In this document: in pieces, positions 1 through 12,115 of the stretch
Position numbering within the stretch: position 1 is the stretch's first letter
Layout: the number at the start of each line of letters is the position of its first letter
The notes under the pieces: generated by a model
Told to the model about the DNA's origin: nothing
Seen by the model: the letters and a program-made list of their open reading frames with translations, nothing else
Databases searched by the model: none
Program-made: the position numbers and the translations under genes
From: Antedon mediterranea
Lineage: Eukaryota > Animalia > Echinodermata
DNA length: 64,000 bases
Reading direction: 5' to 3'
Assembly (NCBI RefSeq): GCF_964355755.1
Contig: NC_092680.1
Location: 16,563,045 to 16,627,044 of the forward strand

Positions 1-3000
1 AGAATAAAGGTGACGTATTGTTTGAAAACCAACCATCGACAACAGACAATGATGGATACACTGAAATAGATGAAGCAGAAGATGGCGCTCTAAAAAATAA
101 TCGTTCACCAAATTATGGGGATATAATATTTGAAAATGAAATGAATCTGGACAAAGATGGTTATACGGAAATAGATGATGATAATGAAGATAATAAAGTT
201 CACACTAAAGAAAGACCGGTAAGAATTTTTGGAATGAAAAATTGTCTTTGATAGTAAAATCGTAAACCATATAATAAAAATTATATTCAAAAACATTGCT
301 TGGATAATTAAATATCTACTGATATTTCTTATAGATGATTCTATAGAGTTTAAAAAGGTAATATACAATGTCGAATATCGAATAAAAATAATAATCTTTC
401 TAAATAAACAGATTGTTGCGTTATAGATTGTCAAATCAGTGTTAGATACTCTTCCCTGGTTAGATTGTATTTAGTTGAAATGACCACTTATGTTAACATA
501 GTTTTAATACATAAGATGAGTGATATCACTAAATGTGCATATCTATCTACAACTTTCAGAACTATGCTTGTATGTCCCTCATGATCATTCTTGAGAACTC
601 TTCATGTGTATAAGGGCGAAATTTCAAATGGTTATCGGACCAGTTTTTTTGTAACCTAGATTTAAATCTATTTATGAAAAAACGCAAACAACATCTTGTG
701 GAAAGGTTTTCCAATCCTCAACTGCTCTTGATTTAAAAAAAAGTCTCCTTATTTCCAGTCTTTTTGAGCATTGACAACTTTAAAAAATGACCTCGTGTTC
801 TTGTAAAAAAATTCCGAAATAGACTATCGCTTTTAATAAAAATATATGTTGTTTATTATATTGTATATTTTAATAATATCTGCCCTTTTTCTTCTGTATG
901 CCAACGTTAGTAGTTTCAGAATGTTGAGCCTATCAACATCTCCAGTGCCTTTTAAATCAGATACTAATCAAGTGGTTCGCTGCTGCACACGTTCATGCAA
1001 ATTTAAAAATCTTGTGGAACCTTGGAATCCAAGCACTTCCACCATATTCCATAATATTCCTAATCATAGATTGATAGAGATCTTGAACATTTGATCTAAT
1101 TCACAGAGTAAGTTTTCTAAAATTGGGAACGACATTCAAGGATATTGGAGCACAGTATCTCAGAATGAGACCAATGAAAAACAAAAGCCTAAGCAAGTGG
1201 ATCGAGATGACATCTATTTCGGAAAAGAAACAAAAGAAAAGAAGCGATCAATAAAAAACATTGACAACAAATATTCTAGTGTATTTGTCAAAAATAATCA
1301 AAGAGAAGTTGATGAAAAACAACATGTAATGTCTTCAAATGGTAATGACAAGAATGTGCTTGGCGATCCCGAAGACATATACTTTGGAAAAGAAGCGGTT
1401 TACAGACAGGACAGTAAAGGTTATGCACTTCCAGATGACGTCGAAGACCAGGATGGAAAACAGGTTTATTCTGATGACACTCGGAATGTACGTATTCCTA
1501 ATCTTCAAGCTGAGGATCTCAATGATATATACTTCGGAAAAGAAGACATTTACCGACAAGATAGCAAAGGATACACACTTCCAGACGATGAAGATGGTGA
1601 AAAACTTGTGAGTTACTAGAATAATAATAAGTCACAAATATTCGATTTTGAAGATAAAATGGTACCCAGAAGTTCAAGCGTAATGCAAGCCAATGTTATG
1701 AATAATGGCTACAGTATATTTTTTCTTTAAAATACTAGATTCTCCTCTAAAATACTTGATTCTCCTGTTTGAATGAATAAATGCGCTGCATTTATTGTCA
1801 AATATATACACATATTTAAAACTTGTTGTTTGTACACAGACAAAGCTCTTATTATATATAAGATTAAGGAGTTGTGTGTTGTGCTATAATTTAATGTTCT
1901 CGTTTGGAGATCATTAGCTTTATGACAAGTGGAGAATCGGTATTATAATGTTATACAAAAAAAAAAGCCATTATGAGCTTTATACTATATAATTTCTTAA
2001 ACATAAATAATTACGATCCATATTCATTTAAGATTTCTACAAAGCATACAACGAAAGATAATGCCATAGACGTATTATTTGACAACGATACATCAAAACT
2101 AGAAGAGAATAAAGAAGGTTATCTGCTACCGACAGGAAATGAAGAAACCGAACAAGTAAGTCAACATTCTTTGTTTTATGTTAATTTTATAAAACTATTT
2201 TTGTACATAATCCTGTTGGAATGCTCTTCAATCTGAAGTAGGCTCGACTCCTTTTCTGGAATATTTCAAAATAAGAATGAAATCTCTTATGTATGGTGGT
2301 CAAGTTGTCAAGTAGGCCTAAGTATTTCTTAAATCCCTAGCAATGATACTACAATCTCTACGTGGTTTGTTAGCAGCCTATAAAGCTACTTTAATATTAT
2401 AAAGTCAATTGGATTGTTGCCAATATATAAACTTTAATAATATGTGTCCAATTGTGGAAAACTGGTGGAATATTATATTTTCTTGTAGGTTAAACATAAA
2501 CACATGGAACGAGAATTAAAGAAATATGAAATTGTGGAGTATGAGAATGTCACCTCCATTAATGTCATGAAGTTAGCAACAGAAGATAAAACAACAAAGG
2601 TGAGGGAAAGAGTTAGGATATGAAGGCTACAATTTGTCAGAAAATGGGGATAAACGTAAACTAAATTGTGTATACTTTTGAAACCTTTTCCTACAAATAA
2701 AAGCATGGTATTATTTAAAGCTTTAAAAATGCTAACTTCACTTCAGTAAAGCCCGAGGAATTGATAAATTTGGTAAAAGTATGCCAATGGAAATCATAAG
2801 CCCGAGATTTAATTGAATGAACCCCAGTGCAAGATAGAACAACTAGATTGTCATCAGTTTATCCAAGACAATCTAAGCTCACCATGCTAAGATAGGACTC
2901 GTAAAAGTCCTTTAATCTTCTGTCTGGCTGCGAGAAAATACTAACAGTACTGTACTATGAACATAATTTCTTCGCGGAGCGCGGTGTCTGTCAAATGGCG

Positions 3001-3354
3001 TAAAATCGATTGTGTCACAGCCACAGATAAACCCTTAGATCTCCGAATCCTGTTGTTAGGATTTCCTTGGTTTATCATGCTCTATGATTACTATAGAAAT
3101 ACCAGTCATAATTGATTACCAGATGTTGATCTTTGTTTACAAGAACATAATATCTGTATGTCTTGTGACATATCTTGTGAATCAAAAGACTAGGACGTTG
3201 TTGTTGAATTCCCTTTTTCTTATTAAACATAACACCATTCATTTTCTTCTATTAGGAGGTTGAGGCAAAGAATCCTGTAGAAGAAGAGGCGCTATATGTG
3301 AACAGTAAAGTTGACCCAGACTTATGGAGACCAACAGCTCATAAATACTTCTAA
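1..3354 (+). CDS. 3' end (last 4 exons; 5' part outside the window) of an unidentified gene with an acidic, tyrosine-motif-repeat C-terminal tail (receptor or adaptor-like)
   Basis: Exons <1-218, 1107-1607, 2033-2155 and 3256-3354 join in phase 0 with GT-AG sites (gtaaga, gtgagt, gtaagt donors). The translation has DGYTEID x2, DIYFGKE x3, GYALPDD, GYTLPDD, GYLLP and ALYVNS, and ends ...PTAHKYF* (taa 3352-3354). Confidence 0.75.
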
Positions 3355-4272
3355 ACACTCAAACAAACATTCATTTAAACACAATCAGAAATGTTTATTT
3401 ATTTTACATTTTTTTGAAAATGATTATAAAAGAATTATTTTATTATCAATTAATATATATAACGTAATCTCATTTTTGTGGACATACAATTTATACTAAA
3501 ATGTACATTAAGATAAAATTGTTATATTAAATAATTTATACTATAAATGAATAATAAATTATATTTAAGTAATTTGTAAAGTAATTATATAATACTGTTT
3601 TAACTTTAAACATTGCTAACAGTTTGAATTAACACAAATTTTAATATATTTTATTTATATGCTTTAACTTTTCGTTTTCTATAATTTTTAACCATGAATA
3701 ATTAAAATATTTAAATTTGAAGTCCATGATCATACAACAAATATTAAAATAAAACACGTTTTTCAACTATGAATGTAACTATGTATCTTCATCTTCAAAT
3801 CTTGCTTTTATTCTTTGTCGCTTTTGAGTATATGCTGCAAACAAGAAAAGAAATCGTTAGTAAATCTAATTTTTATTTGTCATGCAATAGTTTAAACTAT
3901 AAATTTATTATTTATATTTTGAACTCATCAATTGTGGTACAATCAGAAGTTGATATTTGATGTCTTGTTCATGTTTTTTTTAAATTTATGATCAATTAGT
4001 AAAAAGATTACTTTTTACTCTGTTTTAGAGAATGGCAACCAGTATGATATAAAGTAAGCCGAAAAGATTTCATACAATCTACAAAGGCAATCCGCAAGTA
4101 TAAGCCTAAATACAAACTCATTTTCATACAAAATAATTCATTTCATTTATTTCATTTTCATTTATTTATTTCACTTTACAAATATTTAAATATAAAGTTA
4201 TATGCCAATTGTATCTAAATATGACCCAATATGAAATGCATATTAATATTTAAAATTTATTTATACAAAGTG

Positions 4273-7200
4273 TTAATATACTGTACCTTCAACATGACAG
4301 ACTTCAACATCAGCGCCATGTTTTAGAAAAAAATCGAGCCAAATAATTTGCTTGTGAGACAATGTGTCACCAGGTCCCTTAACTTCAACAAGCTTCAGAT
4401 AGAAAAAAAAAAGTTGTGATTAGTAATTGCGTTTATATTATAACCAGCCATTAGGCATGGTCCACTAGCAACGCAACATAATGCAACCCATGGAACATAA
4501 GAAAATGGCCTTCCAATAAATGTATTTGCCCCCATCTGCATAGTTTAGTTGGCGTCCCGCGTACTTTTGAGTACGCACTGTTGTATGTTTTCCAGTTTTC
4601 TTTTGCCTTGCGTTGTTGCGTGAAATCAAACTGATTTGATCTCCCGAAGCAATGTCGCAGCACTGTTGCGTCGTCAGTTCCCATTTGTGATTACACAATA
4701 CAACACTTTGCATTGATTTGTCACTGCACTGCATCCTAGTGGGAACTAAGCTTTATTCCAAGAATGGTGACCTCACAATATGAATGGATTTAGTTCTCTT
4801 TTAGATGCAACACAAGGTCATAGACCCACCTTAAGTAATTTGACCAATCACGACACAATAGGCCATCCAACTGGCACTTGTGATTGGTCAACTCACTTTT
4901 CACTCACTGTTGTGTTCAAGTTGGAACCAAGCTTTTTTGCATAAATCAGTATCATGAAGTTTAAAGTAAACACAACAACAACAATTTTATTTTGACCACC
5001 ATCTAAATTACATTCCATCATTTTAATCGAAAGAAATATGAAGAAAGAATGTGTTGATATTAAGTTTGCGGTACACCACATTATACATTTTGATCAATAT
5101 ACTTTGATCAATCTCAGGATAACATATTGATTTCGCCATGCAAACTTTCAAACAAAAAAGCATGTACCTTAAAAGTATTGTCACTTGTGTTCCAGACCGT
5201 CAAATCTGGTATGCCGGCTCTAAAGTGGCCATGATCTTTCAGTATTCTCTCTCCAACAGAGCTTAGGAATTCACCTCCAAAACACACCAGCAAACTCTAC
5301 ATAACAAATATATTACAGTACTGTATGTGATGTTGAGTTAGTACGGTACAAACAATGTTTTTATTCTTTACACTTATTCATTTATTTTCAACGCAACAAA
5401 CAATACCTTTGCATGATCCAGGTTTTGAAATGTATACCAACTGACGCCAGCACACAGCTCTTCATAAACAGCCTCCCATTTTTGTTCTAGCATACCAACT
5501 AGCATAGACGAGTCTGCTTCCTTAATTTCCTTCAGCAGCGCATCAATAGCCTCCTGCCTGCTCAAATAGAAATCCTGTGTACGCAAATCCAATGGGGCAG
5601 TCTAAAATCAAAGATGACAAATTTCAGGACTACTGAGTAGCGTTTAATGCTTGAAATAATTAATAATAGGACACTATTTTTGTTGAGTAATTTTAAAAAC
5701 AAACCTGAAAAATATTCCTAAAAACGTCTGGCACACCCTCTGCGAACACAATATCCCAAAACAGAAGGAAAAGCAAAGTACATATAGCAGAACCTTCTGC
5801 ATGTACACCTACACAAATAAAAGAAATCTTAACATTTATATTTTACTGGAAAAAAAAGAAATATAACTGTATCATGGAACTATAATATAATTATATTATA
5901 GTTCCATGCTTGTATAAAACGTGCAGGAAGCAGTTACCACTTGACAGTACTCTAAGCTTTTCCAAAAGTTTATTAAAAAGAACATAAAAACAACAGGCTA
6001 AACAATCTATCAAAACAAATTCACTTATAGCACCAATGTAGGTTTAATTTACCTTCATTGTAGCCACATTGTCTGTAGTGAGCCAAAGCAATTTCCTCAA
6101 CACCACACACTACATCTACTTTTTCTCCATCAGCCTCTGTTACACTTCGTACAAATACATTATTCCTGCCTTTTTGGGCATGGGGAAGTATTCGTCCCTT
6201 GATGGTCACCTGAAAAATCGTAAGACAAAACTTATTTTTGTCAATGCAATCAAAATATCTTTTAGCTTAATCAAACTTTTAGTAAAACCCACACTTTTGA
6301 GACCCAACAACATTAGGTTTCTGTTGAATAGGGGTTGGCCATAGTTATAAAATATATAGTTTTTCTTGATAGGCTTAAACCACTAAGAATATGTTTTTTA
6401 GTGTTGGATATATGTGGGTACAAATTCCACATGTGGATGGCCTTCTTTAGATATTCTATCCATACCTTGGGTGCGTCTTGGTAATGTGTGAAAACTACAG
6501 ACTCAAGTTCACTCCTCAATGTGTTTCCTGAAGGTGACGAACATATTTTTTCAGCTCTTTGCTGAAGAGCATAGCAGTAAGCAGGCTTGACATGTTTATC
6601 AGCTAGGCCTTGTTTAATGTCATATAAAGCCTTAAAAAAATGATATTTTATATCAGCTAGGCCTTGTTTAATTAAATGTATAAAGTCTCAAAAAAGGTGT
6701 TATTTTATATCAGTTAGGCCTTGTTTAACGTCATAGCCTGAAAAAAGTTATATCTTATATAAGCTAGGCCTTGTTTAAGCTTGAAAAAAGAGATATTTTA
6801 TATCAGCTAAACCTTGTTAATTACATATAAAGCCAACAAAAAAAGTGATATTTAATTACTGTACTGGTCAGCCATGTCAAAATATTGTTTATTGATAAAT
6901 TGTGACTTTTGTAATTAAATGCTTGGGATCCGCACCTGTTTTGGTTTTTTCAGATGGAAACTTAGGTTTAAAGCAAGACGATCCCACCAGCGTCCTCTAT
7001 GATGCCTGCAGTACACAGTTTGCACTAACAACTTTCTGAGCAGTTTCACAGCGTCCTCGTAACAACCTTTCTTTTGCAAAATTTCAACACCAAGGTAGGT
7101 AATACGAGTGTATACGCATAGAGCTGTGTGTCTTCGTAGAAATTCTGGCAGTTTTGAATCGAGTCTGGAAAAAAACACTTTATTATTATTATTATTCAAG

Positions 7201-10200
7201 TTTAATTCCAAAACTTACTGTATGACATTTTATTTATTTTATGACATTTTCGAGGCGCGACAAGGTCTATAAACAAGTTTTATAAAAAACGTTTTTGTCT
7301 CTTCTGTGTTTCAGTGCTTATAACACTGTACCTGATTATTCTCAGAATTCTTTGTAACACTACAGAAGAGTTTAAATGAAGTTTTTATTTAAAACAATTT
7401 TTTTAAATCTAAAATTGGGAAACAAATGAAATAAATGGATTACTTGATTGGATTGTAATTGCTGTTTATTATCAATTTATGTTCTTCTTCAGCTTTTTCA
7501 AATAATGAAAACGAAGTGTCGTAATTCTTCTTCTCCATTGCAGCGGTGATATCTGCTTCATATTTGTGAGCTGTTTCATATCTATTATAAAACAATTTTA
7601 AAGTGAAAGTTTAAAAAAATATAAAAGAAGCACTCAAATGTATACTTGGTAAATTGCACGACCCCAGGGGAGGACAACCCTGCGTCAGTCTCAGTGGCGG
7701 ATCCACGATTTTGAAATAGGTAAAATGAAGGGCTGAGCTTAATTTGATGTTCTATTTTTTTTCATTACAACCTGCAAAATTTGGTGGGGTGGCTAGGGCC
7801 ACCTGGGCCTCTGAAGATAAATACAGTTGAAGTGTTTTTTATTTTTAAAATTGATAAACTAACCTTATCAATTCGTCTCGAGATTGAAATACTTTACGTT
7901 GCCGCTCAACTTTGTACTTGGTAAATTTCATATGACCCATATCTGCCAATAGTAATGTTTGCCTAAACAAAAGTAAATAAATAACATTGCATTTTGTCTT
8001 GATTACATGACTACATATTTCAGTAAGTACAGTAAATATCAGACACTGTTGGGCTGGCCAAATATGTCTGGTTTTCCGGAATGTCTGGGTTTCGAAATGT
8101 GTTTTTAATGGTAAAAATGAATTTGGGACTTGTATTGGGAGAGAGTCTGGAATTGGTAGAGTTGACTGAGACAAGAGAATTATTGTACAAGTAATGAATT
8201 GTTATGAGTTGAATTTGGAGAATACTTATTATTTGTTTTATAACACATCTATGATTTAAGATGAAATCAGTTGTTTAATTTAAAAAAGTTAACATTAGCA
8301 GTAGTTGTGTTATATTTTGTGTTTGTTGAATTGAGAGAAGATATTTATTCGTTTAACGCCTGTCATCCAATCTTTAAATTAATATAAATACACTCCCAAT
8401 TTAACAAATATTCATTTTTGTATACTGTACTTAAGTCCTAAAGTTTAAAAAAAGTTGCCATAATAAATTTGAGTCAAACATTTGAAAAAAGACATTTAAG
8501 TATGCAAATATTGTTATTTTAAAGTGAAAAAAAAAATCATTAAAACCTACATTGGTGTTTGTTTGTTGTTTGATCTATCCTCCTCCTCATGGCTACTAGT
8601 TATGCTAAAGAGAATCATGAGCCTTGAAAATAAGATCTTTGTTTCTGGGTTCAACTTGATGCACTGTGCTAAGGTCTTTTTTGCTCTATAAGAACACAAA
8701 ATGTTCAAGATAGTTTTATGAATACAGCAGAATCACTCTTTAAGGACACCCTACAGGGCTTGCAAAACAAGGAAGACCAGCACTTGCATATTGGTGTACT
8801 AGATACGAATACTGGTATGCAGAGAGAAGAACAAACAATTGCAGAAAGGAAATTATGGAGGAATCTATAAGTTTGTCCCAGACTAAGCAAGTAAGTATTC
8901 AGGGAGAACACCTATTAAATTGACACTTCTGTAAAATTAAATTAGGAACAATAAATGTTAAAACTACAGCCAATCCCCTATTCATGGGACACTTTTAGGG
9001 GGATAATTTGTTGCGGTTTTGAATGTTCCCCTAAATAGGAGTTCTACTAGACTGTATATACAATGTACAAACAAATATGTCCAGGTCCTTATCAATGGCG
9101 TTTATCACAAACCATATTCACAGGGTCACTTTATTTATTTAAGCATGTTCTTATTTCAAGGTTCAATGATATATATATCATTCATAATTAAACATTTACA
9201 CCCATCCAGTTGAAATAAATTGTTTTCTAAAAATGGTGATTTCTTCCTTAAAAACATACTTAATCTGTATCAACACTTTTCAGAAAACATCTTTTTGTAG
9301 GTACAGGTACACAACAATTGAAAATATGAACCAACACAAACTACAAAATGTAGTTTTAAGCAAAAATAAATGTAAACCTTTGACATATTTTGTTCATCAA
9401 TCCTTTTCCTAAGACAGACTTCTGCTTTTTGCCATGTGTTAGTAAGGTCTGCACTAGATTTGCTTTCTGTGACACGTTAACCTTAAAACTCTTTGCAAGA
9501 TCTCGTAATTCAGAAGACATAAGCAATTTCAAAATTTCTTCTGGGTCTTGCAGATCATTTTCTAAAAATGAAAAATACCAACCAATTTATATACTGTATA
9601 TAGCTAGGTTCTAGACCAAAATTAGTAAAAAGATATATATTTTGACACACATGGCATTTCATATGTATAACACATGAGTTGGTATTTTCAGAAAAAAATT
9701 GAAAAGCTGAATGGTGGACTATCATAAAAAAGACATTCAATTCAAGTCTGGTATAGAGCTATAGTAGTGTACTTCTTTAATCCAGAGGCTGGAAATGATG
9801 CCATTTTGATTGGGGTCCCTTCTAAATCGCCCATAGTACAGTATTGTGCTTTCTTTTAATGTGTTTTTATATGCGTTTTTTATATATAAAAAGTGTTAAA
9901 TTAAGGATTATATTGGAAACCTAATCCAATTGGCAAATATCAAATCTGCAGCTCACCATTTATAAATAATGCAGCATCAGTCAGCTCTTTGATAGCAGGA
10001 CCAAGGTCTGAAGAAATCTGTGGATAATCTACTTTATTTGCTCTTAACCAGGCATGCTTCCTTTGGTACAGCCTTACATACAGTTGTTGTGAGGGTACTA
10101 AACAAAGAGGAATAATACTAGTAAAAGGAATAACGGCAGTGGTGAATCTAGGATTTTGAAATAGGGGTGGAATTAAAACAAAGCAGTGTTTAATGTTATG

Positions 10201-12115
10201 TTTAAATACAAACAAACTATTAAAACACTACTTAAATTTAAGACTCTTTGGTGAAGTGTGTGTGTGTGTGGGGTTGGTTTTGTTCATATGATTATGCTAT
10301 TGGGATTTATTATCTTCGCTCTATATTACCTGACAAGTTTTTGAATCCCTCAATAACTGTTAATTCTGTGTCACTGAAAAGACTCCTGTCGTCTGCATTA
10401 CCTAGCACAGTGTCCATTATTAGTTTGAAGTTTGCCAGATAATATGGCACACCATGTTTGTATGGCGACTTTCTTGGAGAACTTCTTTTTCTTTTATTGT
10501 TTTTAAACCTGTAGGGTGATTTAATATTGTCTGTAGTGTTTGTCTTTATTAATGATGAAGGTTCATTTGTAGAATCGGCTGTCATGGAGAAAGTTGAGCT
10601 GTTACTAGATTGTGATTCTTGTGTGCTAAACAGAGATTTTTGAGAGCATGAATCTTGAGATTCCAGTTGGCTTAGATATGAAAGTTCTTCATCATAAAGA
10701 GACAAGGGTGTCAAATCAACATTGCTAGACTGGGAAGAGTTGTCAAGTTTTTCTTCCATATTAGACTTTGTGTCTTCTAACACTTGTGACTTTGGTGGAG
10801 TTGCAAGTGGTCTTGAAAATGTCTTAACCGTTGCTGGTTTTTGTGGTGAAATAGTAAAATTCTGCATTTTATTTGAAAAATTAAAATCTCTCTGGAAGAC
10901 TTTATTATTAGTAGTACTACTTAGCTGGCTTGATAGGCTATCTTTCTGATAGGTGGGGCTTTTTGAAGAATTATGTGATGTGCTGTTACAAGAAGACTGT
11001 TGGTTGCTTTGAAGACATGTTTCATATGCATTCATCTGTTGACTAGTTGATGGAATATCAGATGGAAATAAAGCTTTAGAAACCTTTCTAAATTTAAACT
11101 TATGTTCACTTTTGGCAGTATAGTCAATGGTGGGATTCTGTGTTTGTGATCTTGGTGGTGACCAAAGTGGATTTGAGAAGACTTTAACTTTGGCAGATTT
11201 TGCAGGAGATATTCGAGAAAATTTCACCTGAGACAAAGCAAAGTCATCTGTTTCTCGTTTAAGATGAGCATTGACATTAGCTTTGGTTAGAGAAGAAGAA
11301 AGTGAAGTAGAAGCTTCTGATGGTAATGAAGATGCATAGCCAACCGTTGATTGGGATAACATAGTTACATCTTTCTCTAAACTGTTGGTACTTCTACTCC
11401 TAGTGGTTGGTCTCCGAGTTAAGCTGGATGACACATAGAGTTTATCTTCTGGTTTTTCAGGATTTTCTGTTTGGCATCTAAACCTTGTTGATTTTAATGA
11501 TGAAGATGGTCTGGTGGTTTCAGTTTGTGATGACAATTTTACATCAAAATATTTAGAAGTTGATGTCTGATCCATTACAGAATTCTCAAATTCAGAATTT
11601 ATCTGGCACTCAATTTTAAAGAGGGGATTGTCGTTATTGGGGTATGAGATTGTTATTGAATTACTTTGTAGTTCTATTTCATCACCTGACTTCTTAGTTG
11701 ACCTTTTTGATGACTGTTGGGAAATATTACGAGTTCTTTGATTGTCTTGATATGCTCTATTATTACATTTTCGATTATATGTTTTCCTGAATTCTACTTT
11801 ATCAAAAGTATTTCCTGAGGTATGTTCTGTATCCTTAGCATCACAACCAGTAATATTTTCGACATCTTCTTTACATACGTCAATCACTAAGCATTGTTTA
11901 TCTAAATGGTCATTAATCATAGAAATTGACAACTTAGTTGAACACACTGGACATGATACTTTCTGAATTGGTTTCTGTGAAGAGAACATTGTAGGAATAG
12001 TAGGCTGGGTGTTCTTCCGTCCATCTGCAGTAGAATCACCATTACTGCTATCCAGTCGTAGCCTTTTGCTGCAGAGATCACTTGATGAATTTATTATCTT
12101 CTTTCTTGTATCCAT
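4273..12115 (-). CDS. FAN1: Fanconi-associated nuclease 1 (FAN1), 13 coding exons, about 1193 aa
   Basis: Exons (minus strand): 12115-10330, 10097-9957, 9561-9378, 8685-8551, 7962-7864, 7581-7444, 7164-6936, 6630-6466, 6209-6053, 5808-5705, 5601-5407, 5296-5168, 4392-4273; total 3582 nt, in frame. Motifs: UBZ4 [13 protein letters not shown]; PYYLANF; LYVRLYQRK; [12 protein letters not shown]; GVHAEGS; DVFRN..QTAPLD; VRR_nuc PD-(D/E)xK core GIPDLTVWN...[19 protein letters not shown]. The exact C-terminus (read-through EGTVY* versus one more splice) is less certain. Confidence 0.95.
4452..4755. mobile_element. Degenerate MITE in the last FAN1 intron (PIF/Harbinger-like termini)
   Basis: Left end ggcatggtccactagcaacgca; the right end read as reverse complement is agcttagttcccactaggatgca. 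A related terminus, taaagcttggttcccac, occurs at about 20944. Confidence 0.4.
6597..6853. repeat. Five-copy tandem repeat (unit about 43-57 bp) spanning the FAN1 intron/exon-8 acceptor junction
   Basis: Units begin tatcagctaggccttgtttaa at about 6597, 6651, 6708, 6758 and 6801. The first copy includes the real acceptor and the first codons of the exon. Confidence 0.85.
10330..12115 (-). CDS. FAN1: FAN1 large first coding exon: UBZ4 zinc finger, long Ser/Thr-rich disordered linker, NLS-like segment, start of the winged-helix region
   Basis: 612-aa ORF 10310-12148; likely ATG at 12115 after a tttcag acceptor; donor gtaata at 10329. Contains [36 protein letters not shown] and [15 protein letters not shown]. 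Confidence 0.9.
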
